A stretch of DNA of 64,000 nucleotides from positions 2,161 through 66,160 of the forward strand of contig JAFUVT010000006.1 of assembly GCA_017477425.1 (NCBI GenBank). Direction: 5' to 3'. The notes beneath the pieces were generated by a model, which was given only the letters and a program-made list of their open reading frames with translations, did not search any database and was not told the origin of the DNA. Position numbers and translations under genes: made by a program. The stretch is from Bacteroidales bacterium (GTDB lineage Bacteria; Bacteroidota; Bacteroidia; Bacteroidales; F082). Below, piece by piece: positions 27,734-38,773 of the stretch (its first letter is position 1; each line of letters starts with the position of its first letter).

Positions 27734-28957
27734 TTGTATATGAAGAAATTATTATTTATCGGCTTGCTTTTGGCGGGAGGATTATTGGCTAAGGCCCAGG
27801 CGCCTCACATTTATGAACACGATTATCCCGTCGTTACGGGCGTCGACCCTCACCTCCGCATCCTGATGGATTCGGTCTCGGTCGACAGCATCCAGGCCAA
27901 CATCGAACACCTCAGCTTCTATTGGACACGTCGCTACGACAGCCGTTACATATGGGAGGTACAAGACTGGCTGATAGCGCGTTACAAAGGCTTCGGCGTC
28001 GACACGGTGATGCTGCACGACTTCCCCGTGCCCGAATCCGACATCGAGACGGCCGACAATATTCTTGCCGTGAAATGGGGCACTACGAAGCCCGAAGAAT
28101 TCGTCATTTGCGGAGCGCATTATGACTCGTGGAACTCCGACGGCGCTGACCCCGACACCATCCGCTCGCCTGGCGCCGATGACAACGCCTCGGGCGTGGC
28201 CGGTATCCTTGAGACGGCACGTCTGCTCAGCCCTTATACCTTCGACCGTTCCATCATCTTCGCCAACTGGTGTGCCGAAGAAATCGGCTTGGTGGGCAGC
28301 GCTGCTTATGCGCACGATATGGCCGAACAGGGCATGGACATCGTGGCCTATTTCAACCTCGACATGACGGGCTATCTCGCCGAAGGCTCCGACATCCATG
28401 TCAACCTGATGTACACCACCCAAGACTCGCTCCTGGGCGACTACGTCAAGAGCTTCAGCCGCACCTATTTCCCCGACATGCGCATCTGGCAGGACTGGCT
28501 CGCTTGGGGCGACAGCGACTACTCGTCGTTCAACCGCAACGGCTATGCCGCCATCCATCCCTTCGAAGACACCCACGCCAGCTCGCCTTTCATCCATAGC
28601 AGACAGGACGTCATAGGCCTGAGCGTCAACAACTTGGACCAATGCAAACGCTTCACCGAACTCAACCTGGGCACGGTGGCCCTTATGGCGGGACTCAACA
28701 ACTGGTCGGTGGCCGAACACGACGACCTGACGGTGGCCCTGTTTCCCAACCCCACCAGCGAGGCCGTGAACATCAAGTCGGCTGAGGGTTTATGGAACAT
28801 TGACATTTTCAACCTGTTAGGACAGCGTGTGGCGACATTGGAACTGAACGGCCAAGACCATTGCTCGATGGCCACAACCGGGATGGCTGAAGGCGTCTAT
28901 TTGGTTAAAATCACCACAGGAAAAGGGGTTGCCACTCAGCGGCTGATGATTCGATAA
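27734..28957 (+). CDS. M28-family aminopeptidase with a T9SS C-terminal sorting domain
   Basis: GADDNASGVAGILE and CAEEIGLVGS motifs. C-terminus LFPNPTSEAVNI...GVYLVKITTGKGVATQRLMI. Confidence 0.8.
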   Translation: MYMKKLLFIGLLLAGGLLAKAQAPHIYEHDYPVVTGVDPHLRILMDSVSVDSIQANIEHLSFYWTRRYDSRYIWEVQDWLIARYKGFGVDTVMLHDFPVPESDIETADNILAVKWGTTKPEEFVICGAHYDSWNSDGADPDTIRSPGADDNASGVAGILETARLLSPYTFDRSIIFANWCAEEIGLVGSAAYAHDMAEQGMDIVAYFNLDMTGYLAEGSDIHVNLMYTTQDSLLGDYVKSFSRTYFPDMRIWQDWLAWGDSDYSSFNRNGYAAIHPFEDTHASSPFIHSRQDVIGLSVNNLDQCKRFTELNLGTVALMAGLNNWSVAEHDDLTVALFPNPTSEAVNIKSAEGLWNIDIFNLLGQRVATLELNGQDHCSMATTGMAEGVYLVKITTGKGVATQRLMIR

Positions 28958-28965
28958 TTAATACA

Positions 28966-29017
28966 AAAACCTGCCCTCTATAGATTCCCAAGGGAATGAC
29001 ATAGAGGGCAGGTTTTT
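28966..29017. terminator. Bidirectional intrinsic terminator between the convergent M28 peptidase gene and gltX
   Basis: AAAAACCTGCCCTCTAT / ATAGAGGGCAGGTTTTT forms a perfect 12-bp GC-rich stem with flanking A and T runs. Confidence 0.75.
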
Positions 29018-29036
29018 GTCGTGTAAAGGCGATTGG

Positions 29037-30554
29037 TTACCCCAAAACCTTCACGCCAGCATCGATGCGCTTGAGGGTCTCTTCCTTGCCCAAGAGTTCA
29101 AGGATCTCGCCAATGTGGGGGCCTTTGCCGGCGCCGACCACCATCAAGCGGAGACCATTCATCACGAGGCCCATGTTGAGCTCGTTGCTGGTAATCCAAT
29201 TGTTCAAGGTCTCGTCAATGTTGGCCAAGCTGAAAGGCTCGATGCCGTTGATGACTTCCTTCACCTTGAGCATCGTCTCGGCGCTGTTTTCCTTCCAGCG
29301 CTTCTTGACGGTGACGGGATCGTATTCCGTGGGCGCCTCGAAGAAGAAGAAGCTCTGGTCCCAGATTTCCTTCACGAAGTTCACTCTATCTTTCACCAAG
29401 CCAGCCACTTTCACGGCAAAGTCGAGCGAGGTCTCGATGCCTTTTTCGGCCTTCAGCCAAGCCTGGTAGTCCTTGCCGACTTCCTCGTTCGACTTGCGCA
29501 TCAGCCACTCGTGGTTGAACCACTTGGTTTTCTCCACATTGAACTTGGCGCCGCTCTTGCTGCAACGCTCCAACGAGAAGGCTTGGATGAGTTCGTCCAT
29601 GGTAAAGATTTCTTGCTCGGTGCCCGGATTCCAACCCAGCAGTGCCAGCATGTTGATGAAAGCTTCGGGATAGTAACCCGACTGCTTGTAGCCCGAAGCC
29701 GTGTCGCCAGTCTTCGGGTCTTGCCAGAACAACGGGAAGACGGGGAAACCGAGGCGGTCGCCGTCGCGCTTGCTGAGTTTGCCGTTGCCATCAGGCTTGA
29801 GCAGCAGGGGCAGGTGGGCGAACTGCGGAGCTTCCCAACCGAAAGCCTCGTAGAGCATCACGTGAAGCGGCATCGAAGGCAGCCATTCCTCGCCACGGAT
29901 GACGTGGCTGATTTGCATCAGGTGGTCGTCAACAATGTTGGCCAAGTGGTAGGTGGGCATGCCGTCGCTCTTGAACAAGACCTTGTCGTCGAGGGTGTTG
30001 GTCTGCACATGCACCTCGCCACGAATCAGGTCGTGCATGACGATTTCGCGGTCCTCGGGAATCATGAAACGCACCGTGTAAGGCGTGCCGTCAGCGATGA
30101 GTTTGTCAACCTCTTCCTTGCTCATCGTCAGGCTGTTGCGCAGGTGCTTGCGGCTTTGGCAGTTGTAGATGAAGGTTTGCTTGTTGGCTTCGGCCTCCTT
30201 GCGGTATTTGTCCAACTCCTCGGCCGTGTCGAAGGCGATGTAGGCGCAGCCTTTGGCCAGCAGCTCGTCGCTGTATTGTTTGTAGAGGTGTTTACGGTTG
30301 CTTTGCTTGTATGGACCGAATTCGCCGCCCACATAGTCGCTTTCGTCGAACTTGATGCCGCACCAGTCGAGCGACTCGACGATGTATTGTTCGGCACCCG
30401 GCACGAAGCGGGTTTGGTCGGTGTCCTCGATGCGGAGAATCATCTTGCCGCCGTTCTTTTTGGCAAACAGATAGTTATATAACGCTGTGCGCACGCCCCC
30501 GATGTGCAAAGGGCCCGTCGGGCTGGGGGCGAATCTTACTCTTACTTCTTTCAT
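29037..30554 (-). CDS. gltX: Glutamate--tRNA ligase
   Basis: [33 protein letters not shown] (HIGH) and KLSKR. The start is set at M73 of the track ORF, because the longer form would overlap the promoter and tRNA-Cys. Confidence 0.9.
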   Translation of the reverse strand: MKEVRVRFAPSPTGPLHIGGVRTALYNYLFAKKNGGKMILRIEDTDQTRFVPGAEQYIVESLDWCGIKFDESDYVGGEFGPYKQSNRKHLYKQYSDELLAKGCAYIAFDTAEELDKYRKEAEANKQTFIYNCQSRKHLRNSLTMSKEEVDKLIADGTPYTVRFMIPEDREIVMHDLIRGEVHVQTNTLDDKVLFKSDGMPTYHLANIVDDHLMQISHVIRGEEWLPSMPLHVMLYEAFGWEAPQFAHLPLLLKPDGNGKLSKRDGDRLGFPVFPLFWQDPKTGDTASGYKQSGYYPEAFINMLALLGWNPGTEQEIFTMDELIQAFSLERCSKSGAKFNVEKTKWFNHEWLMRKSNEEVGKDYQAWLKAEKGIETSLDFAVKVAGLVKDRVNFVKEIWDQSFFFFEAPTEYDPVTVKKRWKENSAETMLKVKEVINGIEPFSLANIDETLNNWITSNELNMGLVMNGLRLMVVGAGKGPHIGEILELLGKEETLKRIDAGVKVLG

Positions 30555-30647
30555 TGTGTTATGGTTTTTCGGCTGCAAAAATACGGATTCCAAATGATTT
30601 AGGGCACATAAAATGAAAAAAGCCCACTGAAATTCAGCAGGCTTTTG

Positions 30648-30718
30648 AGGTACCTGGCGGACTCGAACCGCCGTCCCCGGTTTTGCAGACCGGTCCCTAA
30701 CCGCTCGGGCAAGGTACC
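30648..30718 (-). tRNA. tRNA-Cys (GCA)
   Basis: Folded by hand. Acceptor GGTACCT/AGGTACC, anticodon arm CCGGT-CTGCAAA-ACCGG, T arm GGCGG-TTCGAGT-CCGCC, U73 discriminator. CCA is not encoded. A TATCTTTG box lies upstream (reverse complement of about 30727..30734). Confidence 0.85.
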
Positions 30719-30779
30719 CTTTTGCGGCTGCAAAGATACAACTTTTTGCTGAACCGCAACATATTTTCATTTAAATTTT

Positions 30780-32189
30780 TCAAACGAGACCCCGTGCCGA
30801 GAGTTTCAACCCATTCCAAACGACCAAGGCAATCAAGAGCAATACACAATATACATAAAAGATTTTCAAGTCTTTATGGCGCAAATGCGTCATGGCATAA
30901 GCCGCCATCAGTATGATTAATGGTATGGCGGGCTCGTGATACCGTTCGCTGTTGGCCGCAAAAGAGAACATGATGATGGCCAGATACGACAACTCATAGG
31001 CACCCATGAGCGAGAAATCGCGCCACTTCTTTTGCCTGAAAGCGATCGCGATGGCCATCATGGCGAAGAAGGCGAGGAAATTCTTGACATAGGTGCTGCC
31101 ATGGATCATCTTATTATGGTCGGGGCTTTCCTCCACCATGGGCGATAGAGGCAACACAAATGCACCGGGAGCCATAATCCAACTTTGCGCCAACTCTCCG
31201 TGCTTCATCCCTAAAGATTCATATTTTTCCGACTGATAGCTCAAGTCGCTAAACTTCAGGCGATAGATAATCCGCATCTCGCGTCCTACAGGTGTCAACA
31301 AAAAGACCAAAAAAACCAACACGGTTGCAGCCCCAGTGATGATTTTCCCCTTTTTGCCGACTAAGTCTTTCGACGAAAGTACCACAAAGACCAAAAAGGC
31401 GAAAATGAGGCACATCCCAATGATGGTGCGGAAGCCGAAGGTCAAGCCCGTCAGCAGAATGGGACAAAAGACATTCCAGAAGGTGTATTTCTTGCTGCGG
31501 ATGAGGTAGTCCATACGCTCAAGAGCAAGGATGGACAGGAATATCATCTCCATCTCCTTGGTGTGCAGTCCGCAGCTTTGGATGAAGATGGGCATGAAAA
31601 CCGTCATCACAGCGGCCAATCGACCCGTGCGCTCGCCGAAGGTGCGTGTACCTAATCGATAGATAACGACACAGAGGTAGGCACTCATCAGCGCCTTGAA
31701 GAGTCGCGGGAAAAGCAGGTTGCGACCAAAGATGGAATAAACCAATGTCAGCCAAAGCGGATAGCCTTGGTCGGAGAACCCCATCGTGTAGGCATTCAAA
31801 TACTTGAAAATGTACAGGAAATAACCATGGCGCACACATTGCGATAGATAGGCCGCGGTGGCATGATAGGCGCGGCTGTCGCCGGCATGGTATTCGAAGG
31901 CGATGCCTGTCTCGTAATAGTAATAGTAAGAGACCAAGACCGCGTAGACGGCTCTTATCACGAGTGCCGTCAGGAAAACCTTCCACAGGAACCGTTTCGT
32001 GTCGTCGCTCTTCCAACGGGGATAGAAAACGGCCGTCAGCACGAAGAAGAACAGCACCTCCCCTACTCCCCACATTATCCATTTGAACTGCAGGACATGA
32101 CCGGAAAAAGCCACGCTGATGACGACTAGTGCCAACAAGTATAAGCCGACACCGCAGAGGAAGAGATGACGTAGGAGCTTCGTGGACAT
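30780..32189 (-). CDS. Polytopic membrane protein, GT-C-fold glycosyltransferase-like (ArnT/PMT_2-like)
   Basis: About 12 TM segments and about 470 aa. The start is set at MSTKLL (32189), directly after the stop of the upstream lipoprotein gene. Confidence 0.4.
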   Translation of the reverse strand: MSTKLLRHLFLCGVGLYLLALVVISVAFSGHVLQFKWIMWGVGEVLFFFVLTAVFYPRWKSDDTKRFLWKVFLTALVIRAVYAVLVSYYYYYETGIAFEYHAGDSRAYHATAAYLSQCVRHGYFLYIFKYLNAYTMGFSDQGYPLWLTLVYSIFGRNLLFPRLFKALMSAYLCVVIYRLGTRTFGERTGRLAAVMTVFMPIFIQSCGLHTKEMEMIFLSILALERMDYLIRSKKYTFWNVFCPILLTGLTFGFRTIIGMCLIFAFLVFVVLSSKDLVGKKGKIITGAATVLVFLVFLLTPVGREMRIIYRLKFSDLSYQSEKYESLGMKHGELAQSWIMAPGAFVLPLSPMVEESPDHNKMIHGSTYVKNFLAFFAMMAIAIAFRQKKWRDFSLMGAYELSYLAIIMFSFAANSERYHEPAIPLIILMAAYAMTHLRHKDLKIFYVYCVLLLIALVVWNGLKLSARGLV

Positions 32190-32190
32190 G

Positions 32191-33030
32191 TCAGTCCATG
32201 ATGAAAATCGGACTACCCTTCTCGCGTTTAACAACGCGTTGTCTCGTTGACAAGGCTTTCATGATTTCATGGTATTCCTGTGGCGTGATGACACCCACCT
32301 TACGCATGTCGGCACGTTCCCAGAAGTGGGATTGCCATTCGTGGATGAAACGATAGAGCGAGTCGCTGGCGGTCAGCACATTGACATCATAGTTTTCAGG
32401 GCTTCCGTCCATCAACTCGAACTCAAAGTGCAGGATTTGGTTCATTGGGTCATATTCATAATGGAAAGGCCAGAAGGCGATCGTATCGGTGTGGTGATCA
32501 CGCTGCACGCCCTCACCATTTTCGAGGAAATACAAGTGGTATCCCGTCGTGGTATCATAGGGATTGTAGGTGGAATCGTGGTAGGTGTCCTCGATGATCT
32601 CGCCAAAGTAGTCTGTGTTCCAGTGTTCCAGATGCATCACCCCGAAAATCTTGTTGATGAGGCCGTGGAATTCAAGCTTGTTCTGTGAGATGAACACCGT
32701 GCGACGGATGTGGCCGCCAGGCGAAGTGACGACGATATAGGTGCTGCGGAAGTCCTCATTCTCCATAGGCTCGACACTGACGGTAATGGTGCCATCCTTC
32801 TTGCCGTTGTCGGGAGTGATGGTATACCATGTTTCGTTATCGCTGAACGTGACAGTCCATTTGCAGTTGGCAGTAACTTCAATGGTCTGCGATTCCGCCT
32901 CAAAGCCGAACCATAAGTCTTGCGACGAGACGTGGAGGTCGTATTTCTTGATGCAGCCAACGAGGGTGACGGCTGTCATGACTAACAGGGCGGCCATGGT
33001 AAAGAGTGTGTTTCTTTTTTTCATATTCAT
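32191..33030 (-). CDS. BACON-domain lipoprotein
   Basis: Lipobox LVGC. FGFEAESQTIEVTANCKWTVTFSDNETWYTITPDNGKKDGTITVSVEPMENEDFRSTYIVV is BACON-like. A TACTTTTG box lies upstream. Confidence 0.6.
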   Translation of the reverse strand: MNMKKRNTLFTMAALLVMTAVTLVGCIKKYDLHVSSQDLWFGFEAESQTIEVTANCKWTVTFSDNETWYTITPDNGKKDGTITVSVEPMENEDFRSTYIVVTSPGGHIRRTVFISQNKLEFHGLINKIFGVMHLEHWNTDYFGEIIEDTYHDSTYNPYDTTTGYHLYFLENGEGVQRDHHTDTIAFWPFHYEYDPMNQILHFEFELMDGSPENYDVNVLTASDSLYRFIHEWQSHFWERADMRKVGVITPQEYHEIMKALSTRQRVVKREKGSPIFIMD

Positions 33031-33078
33031 TAATACTTATTAATCGGATTAATTCGGTGCAAAAGTACATATTTTTAT

Positions 33079-35286
33079 TTAATAGAGATGTTTTTTCTGT
33101 TTTCCTTTCTTTTTGGAGGCAGGCGCGTCAGCCAGCATCTCGAAGTCCATCTTGTGCTTAAAGAGGTCGACAGCCTTGACGATGACGCGCACTTCGTCGC
33201 CCAACTGGATGACGCGGCCCGTCTCCTGCCCGATGACGCGGAAGTTGTCGTCGTCGAGGTAATAGTAGTCGCCAGGAAGGTTCTCGTAGCGCACCAAGCC
33301 CTCGCATTTGTTGCCTTTCAGCTCGACGAAGAGGCCCCATTTGCTCACGCCGCTCACCAGACCCTCAAACACCTGCCCGATCTTGTCTTGCAGATACTCG
33401 GCCTGCTTGTACTTGATGCTCTGGCGTTCCATCTCCTCGGCTTGCTTCTCCATCTCGCTGGCGTGGACGCACATGTCCTCGTAGTGCTTCTTGTCGGCCG
33501 AGCCCTGACCTTCGATGAGGTATCTTTCTATTAATCGGTGCACCATCAGGTCGGGATAGCGGCGGATGGGCGAGGTGAAGTGGGTGTAGTAGTCGAACGA
33601 GAGGCCGTAGTGCCCGATGTTGTCGGTACTGTAGACGGCCTTGGCCATAGTGCGGATGGCCACGCTCTCGATGAGGTTCTTCTCGCCCTTGCCTTCCACG
33701 TCCTCAAACAGTTTGTTATAGGAATGCACGAGTTTGCTGCGCGAGCTGACGTCCATCGAATAGCCGAGGCGCGAGATGAGCAGCATGAACTTGTTCAGCT
33801 TCTCGGGGTTAGGCTCGTCGTGGACACGATACACGAAGGTGTTGTTGTGCCATTGGCTCTCAGGTTTGCCGAAGGTCTCGGCCACGGTGCGGTTGGCCAG
33901 CAGCATGAAGTCCTCGATCAGTTCATGGCTTTCGTTTTGCACACGCACGTAGGTGTCGATGGGTTTCTTGTTCTCGTCCAAGACAAACTTCACCTCTTCG
34001 GAGTGGAAATTGATGCTGCCCAAGGCCATGCGTTGCTCGCGCAACTTGGTGGCCAAATGGTGGAAGGTCAAGATTTCATCTTTATAGTCGCCGCCGCCGC
34101 CTTCAATCATCGTCTGCACCTCCTCGTAGGTATAGCGGCGGCACGACTTGATGATGGTCTTGCCGATCCAGCGGTCGTAGATCTGGGCTTCGTCGTCCAT
34201 CTCGAAGACCACGCTGAAGGTCAGCTTCTCTTCGTCGGGGCGGAGCGAGCAGACGTTGTTGCAGAGCTTTTCGGGCAGCATGGGGATGGTGCGGTCGACG
34301 AGATAGACCGAGGTGCCGCGTTCGAGAGCCTCTTGGTCGAGGGCCGAGCCGGGGCGGACGTAATACGACACGTCGGCGATGTGGACGCCCACTTCCCAAT
34401 GGCCGTTTTTCATCTTTTGCAGGCTAATAGCGTCGTCGAAGTCCTTGGCATCGGCCGGGTCGATGGTGACGGTGAACACCTTACGGAAGTCGCGGCGCTG
34501 CTTGATTTCGTCCTTGCTGATTTTCACAGGAATTTTGGCGGCTTCACGTTCCACCTCTTCGGGGAACTCGATGGGATATTCGTGGGCGGCCAGGATGCTC
34601 TCCATCTCCACGTCGTTCTCGCCAGGTTTGCCGAGCACGCGGGTGATTTCGCCGAAGGGGTTGCCCGAGCCGTCAGGCCAATCCACGAGGTGGGCGATGA
34701 CCTTTTGGCCGTCTTTGGCACCGTGCAGGTCGCCACGCGGGATGAAGATGTCGACTGGCATCCATTCCACGTCGGGGCGCACATAGACATAGCCGTGCGA
34801 GATGCTCAGCAAGCCCACGAAGTCGGTGTGGCGGCGTTCGAGCACCTCCACGATCTCTCCTTCGGGCTTGGCGTTATTGCGCTTGGGGAACATGGCCACG
34901 CGCACGCGGTCGCCATGCAACGCCTTGTAAGTGTTGTTGGCCGCGATGAAGATGTCTTCGCTCTCGCCGTCGTCGAGCACCACGTAGGCCTTGCCCGTCG
35001 ACTTCATCTCCACCGTGCCTTCCACGTATTTCTGCTTCGGCCCGAACTGCGCCAGACCCGCCTTGCTCATCACATAGCTATAGGGGCGCGCCTCGTCGAG
35101 CAGGCCTTCGTCTTTCAAATTAATTAGGAGTTTATAGACCACATCTTTGCCCGCCTGGTCCTTGATACCCATGATCTTGCAGACCTGCTTGTAGTTTTTC
35201 GGGCGGAAAGGCTCGTCGGCAAAGATGCCCATAATCACACCGGTGAAAGTGCTGAGTTTGTTCTCTATTTTTTTCTTTTTTGCCAT
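33079..35286 (-). CDS. rnr: Ribonuclease R
   Basis: 735 aa. RNB domain (TIDPADAKDFDDA, HFTSPIRRYPD) and a C-terminal S1 domain. Confidence 0.9.
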   Translation of the reverse strand: MAKKKKIENKLSTFTGVIMGIFADEPFRPKNYKQVCKIMGIKDQAGKDVVYKLLINLKDEGLLDEARPYSYVMSKAGLAQFGPKQKYVEGTVEMKSTGKAYVVLDDGESEDIFIAANNTYKALHGDRVRVAMFPKRNNAKPEGEIVEVLERRHTDFVGLLSISHGYVYVRPDVEWMPVDIFIPRGDLHGAKDGQKVIAHLVDWPDGSGNPFGEITRVLGKPGENDVEMESILAAHEYPIEFPEEVEREAAKIPVKISKDEIKQRRDFRKVFTVTIDPADAKDFDDAISLQKMKNGHWEVGVHIADVSYYVRPGSALDQEALERGTSVYLVDRTIPMLPEKLCNNVCSLRPDEEKLTFSVVFEMDDEAQIYDRWIGKTIIKSCRRYTYEEVQTMIEGGGGDYKDEILTFHHLATKLREQRMALGSINFHSEEVKFVLDENKKPIDTYVRVQNESHELIEDFMLLANRTVAETFGKPESQWHNNTFVYRVHDEPNPEKLNKFMLLISRLGYSMDVSSRSKLVHSYNKLFEDVEGKGEKNLIESVAIRTMAKAVYSTDNIGHYGLSFDYYTHFTSPIRRYPDLMVHRLIERYLIEGQGSADKKHYEDMCVHASEMEKQAEEMERQSIKYKQAEYLQDKIGQVFEGLVSGVSKWGLFVELKGNKCEGLVRYENLPGDYYYLDDDNFRVIGQETGRVIQLGDEVRVIVKAVDLFKHKMDFEMLADAPASKKKGKQKKHLY

Positions 35287-35501
35287 AGTTCTTTTGTCGC
35301 ATTCTAAATTTCGGCTGCAAAGATAATGAAATCACACAATTAGCCATGTTGATAATTTTGTTGACAAAAAAAAGAAGAATTAATTTGGTCGGAGACACCA
35401 AAATGATATACCTTTGCAAAACAAGGTTCACCGAGAGCTATCTATCATGAACCAATTGAAAACCAGCAACTTTACTACCAACAGAAAACGAGCATTCTTT
35501 T

Positions 35502-37613
35502 ATGAGCAACGGAGGATTGTACATTACCAAACGAGACGGCAAGCAGGAAGCCTTCTCTCTTGAAAAAATCAAAGTGGCCATCAGCAAGGCCTTCCTCGCC
35601 TCGGGGTTCTACGCCACCGACGAGGACCTCAACGGCATCCTGAGCCGCGTCCGCGTGACCAACGGCATGACCGTCGAAGAAATCCAAAACCAAGTGGAGA
35701 CGGCATTGATGGCCGAACAGTACTACACGGTGGCCAAAAACTACATCCTGTACCGCCAAAAACACACCGAGGACCGCGAGATCCGTGAGAAAATCGACTT
35801 CCTGAGCAACTACGTCAACGCCTCGAACGCCGCCACGGGCTCGAAGTACGATGCCAACGCCAACGTGGAGAAGAAGAACATCGCCACGCTCATCGGCGAG
35901 CTGCCCAAGTCGAGCTTCATCCGCATCAACCGGCGCCTGCTCACCGACCGCATCAAGGAGATGTTTGGCAAGGAACTGGCCGACCGCTACCTCTATTTGC
36001 TCAACAACCACTTCATCTACAAGAACGACGAGACCAGCCTGGCCAACTACTGCGCCTCCATCACCATGTACCCGTGGCTCAACGAAGGCACGGCCTCCAT
36101 CGGCGGCAACAGCACCGCCCCTACCAAGCTGCGCTCGTTCTGCGGCGGCTTTATTAATATGGTGTTCATGGTGTCGTCGCAACTGTCGGGGGCCTGCGCC
36201 ACGCCCGAGTTCCTGATGTACATGAACTATTTCATCGGCCTCGACTACGGCAAGGACTACTACAAACGCGCCGACCAAGTGGTCGACTTCTCGCTGAAAC
36301 CGCGCACCATCGACAAGGTCATCACCGACTGCTTCCAGCAAATCGTCTATTCCTTGAACCAACCTGCGGGCGCAAGGAACTACCAGTCGGTGTTCTGGAA
36401 CATTGCCTACTACGACAAGAACTACTTCGAGTCGCTGTTCGGCAACTTCTACTTCCCCGACGGCTCGCAACCCGACTGGGAATCGCTGAGCTGGCTCCAG
36501 AAACGCTTCATGAAGTGGTTCAACGCCGAGCGCCTGAAGAGCGTGTTGACCTTCCCTGTCGAGACGATGGCCCTGCTCTCAAAAGACGGCGACGTCATCG
36601 ACCAGGAATGGGGCGACTTCACCGCCGAGATGTACGCCGAAGGCCACTCCTTCTTCACCTACCTCAGCGACAACGCCGACTCGCTGTCGTCGTGCTGCCG
36701 CCTGCGCAACGAAATTCAGGACAACGGCTTCAGCTACACGCTGGGCGCTGGTGGCGTCAGCACGGGCTCGAAGAGCGTGCTCACCATCAACCTGAACCGC
36801 TGCATCCAGTATGCCGCACGCAACAACATGCACTACCTCACTTTCCTGGAGGAAATCGTCGACCTCTGCCACAAGGTGCAGATCTGCTACAACGAGAACC
36901 TGAAGGAGCTGCAAAAGAAAGGCATGTTGCCGCTCTTCGATGCCGGATACATCAACTTGGGTCGCCAATATCTCACCATCGGCGTGAACGGTCTCGTGGA
37001 AGCAGCCGAGTTCTTGAAGATTCCGATTAACGACAATCCTGATTATGAGCATTTTGTGCAAGACGTGCTCGGCCTCATCGAACGCTACAACAAGAAATAT
37101 TACTCGAAAGAAAACGGCCTGATGTTCAACTGCGAGATGATCCCCGCCGAGAACGTGGGCGTGAAGCACGCCAAGTGGGACAAGGAAGACGGCTACGAGG
37201 TGCACCGCGACTGCTACAACAGCTACTTCTACATCGTGGAAGACCCCAACACCAACGTCCTCGACAAGTTCCGCCTGCACGGCGAGAAATACATCAAGCA
37301 CCTCACTGGTGGCTCGGCGCTGCACTGCAACCTGGAGGAGCACCTCACCAAGGAACAATACCGCCAGCTGCTGCGCGTGGCTGCCCGCGAAGGCTGCAAC
37401 TACTTCACCTTCAACATTCCGAACACCATTTGCAACGACTGCGGCCACATCGACAAGCGCTACCTGAAGGAGTGCCCCGAGTGCCACAGCCATAATATCG
37501 ATTACCTGACCCGCATCATCGGTTACCTCAAGCGCGTGAGCAACTTCAGCGAGCCGCGCCAAGAGGAAGCCGCACGTCGTCACTATGGAAAAATGGAGAT
37601 GGACAGATGCTAA
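35502..37613 (+). CDS. nrdD: Anaerobic ribonucleoside-triphosphate reductase
   Basis: N-terminal ATP-cone, C-terminal CNDCGH...CPECHS zinc site and RIIGYL glycyl-radical motif. 703 aa. Confidence 0.9.
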   Translation: MSNGGLYITKRDGKQEAFSLEKIKVAISKAFLASGFYATDEDLNGILSRVRVTNGMTVEEIQNQVETALMAEQYYTVAKNYILYRQKHTEDREIREKIDFLSNYVNASNAATGSKYDANANVEKKNIATLIGELPKSSFIRINRRLLTDRIKEMFGKELADRYLYLLNNHFIYKNDETSLANYCASITMYPWLNEGTASIGGNSTAPTKLRSFCGGFINMVFMVSSQLSGACATPEFLMYMNYFIGLDYGKDYYKRADQVVDFSLKPRTIDKVITDCFQQIVYSLNQPAGARNYQSVFWNIAYYDKNYFESLFGNFYFPDGSQPDWESLSWLQKRFMKWFNAERLKSVLTFPVETMALLSKDGDVIDQEWGDFTAEMYAEGHSFFTYLSDNADSLSSCCRLRNEIQDNGFSYTLGAGGVSTGSKSVLTINLNRCIQYAARNNMHYLTFLEEIVDLCHKVQICYNENLKELQKKGMLPLFDAGYINLGRQYLTIGVNGLVEAAEFLKIPINDNPDYEHFVQDVLGLIERYNKKYYSKENGLMFNCEMIPAENVGVKHAKWDKEDGYEVHRDCYNSYFYIVEDPNTNVLDKFRLHGEKYIKHLTGGSALHCNLEEHLTKEQYRQLLRVAAREGCNYFTFNIPNTICNDCGHIDKRYLKECPECHSHNIDYLTRIIGYLKRVSNFSEPRQEEAARRHYGKMEMDRC

Positions 37614-38116
37614 AATACGCTAATTTCGATATCGTCTTTCAGGAAGTTCCTGAAGAGGTGACGCTTGCCATCAATATCTCCAACTGTCCCAACCAATGCC
37701 CAGGTTGCCACAGCAGATACTTGTGGGACAACATCGGCAAGGAGTTGGATACCAATGAGTTAAATCGTCTTGTAGAGCAATACAAGTCGGGCATCACCTG
37801 TGTGTGTTTCATGGGTGGCGATGCCGAGCCGAAGGCCGTCGCCGACTTGGCCAAGCAGGTGAAAGCCAGCCATTCCAACCTGAAACTGGCTTGGTATTCC
37901 GGCAAGAACGAACTGCCCGAAAACGTCTCGACCGACCATTTCGACTACATCAAGTTGGGACGATACATGGCCGAGCTGGGGCCTTTGGACAGCGCCACCA
38001 CCAACCAACGCATGATGAAACGTCTGGCCGACGGCCGCGTGAAGGACATCACGGAGTGGTTCCGACGAAACAAACACGTCGAAATCCTCGAGGTAGAAAA
38101 AAATCCGGCAGTTTAG
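37607..38116 (+). CDS. nrdG: Anaerobic ribonucleotide reductase activating protein (radical SAM)
   Basis: CPNQCPGCHS cluster motif. Overlaps the nrdD stop by 7 nt. Confidence 0.85.
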   Translation: MLKYANFDIVFQEVPEEVTLAINISNCPNQCPGCHSRYLWDNIGKELDTNELNRLVEQYKSGITCVCFMGGDAEPKAVADLAKQVKASHSNLKLAWYSGKNELPENVSTDHFDYIKLGRYMAELGPLDSATTNQRMMKRLADGRVKDITEWFRRNKHVEILEVEKNPAV

Positions 38117-38132
38117 GCTGTCGGATTTTTTT
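38098..38132 (+). terminator. Intrinsic terminator after nrdG
   Basis: ATCCGGCAG-TTTAGG-CTGTCGGAT followed by a T run. Confidence 0.6.
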
Positions 38133-38195
38133 GATTAATGCCATTTATTTTGAAAAAATATCTATTTTTGCGAACTGAAAATACGAAAATTTCGG

Positions 38196-38765
38196 ATGAT
38201 TGGTTCGCAAGAAAATATCATGTTAGGCCTGAGCGGGTCGCCTCGGACAGCTTTCAGCACAAAGAGTATTTCATTGTTACTCAATGAAAAACGAGACGCT
38301 TCTCTTACAAAAAAGTTGAACTATTATGTGCAGAAAGGCTTGTTGCTCAATCCCCGAAAAGGGATTTATGCCAAAAGAAACAACAATCCAGAGGAATTGG
38401 CGGGATTGGTTTTCGTGCCGTCGTACATCTCTTTAGAGTATGTGCTGCAAAAGGCAGGAGTGATTTTCCAATATGATTCGGCCATCACTTCTGTCAGTTA
38501 TTTGAGCCGCGAAATAGAAATGCTGGGACAAACTTTCCGCTATCGGCAAATCAAAGGTGAAATTCTTTATAACCTTGCCGGAATCGAGCAACACGACAAC
38601 ATCAACATGGCTACGCCAGAAAGAGCCGTTTTAGACTTGATGTACCTGAACCCTGAATGTTATTTCGATAACCTAAATGCGGTCAACAAGAAAGTCATCA
38701 AACAACTGCTTCCTATTTACCAATCAAAGCGACTGGAAGAAAGAGTTAATGAAATGTTTAAATAA
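38196..38765 (+). CDS. AbiEi-like type IV toxin-antitoxin antitoxin
   Basis: Size, position directly upstream of an AbiEii nucleotidyltransferase, and the ATPERAVLDLMYL motif typical of AbiEi_4-like proteins. A TATTTTTG box lies at 38163..38170. Confidence 0.6.
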   Translation: MIGSQENIMLGLSGSPRTAFSTKSISLLLNEKRDASLTKKLNYYVQKGLLLNPRKGIYAKRNNNPEELAGLVFVPSYISLEYVLQKAGVIFQYDSAITSVSYLSREIEMLGQTFRYRQIKGEILYNLAGIEQHDNINMATPERAVLDLMYLNPECYFDNLNAVNKKVIKQLLPIYQSKRLEERVNEMFK

Positions 38766-38773
38766 TCGATGCC

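Noticed and set aside
30555-30770. The 72-codon N-terminal extension of gltX in the ORF track.
   Set aside because: The extension would read through a TAnnTTTG promoter box and the tRNA-Cys gene (30648..30718). The canonical GltX N-terminus ([20 protein letters not shown]) starts at 30554.
35409-35501. An NrdR box or riboswitch in the nrdD leader (GGTTCA...TGAACC hairpin).
   Set aside because: There is only a 6-bp stem and no convincing match to the NrdR box palindrome or to a cobalamin riboswitch core, which is too weak to call.
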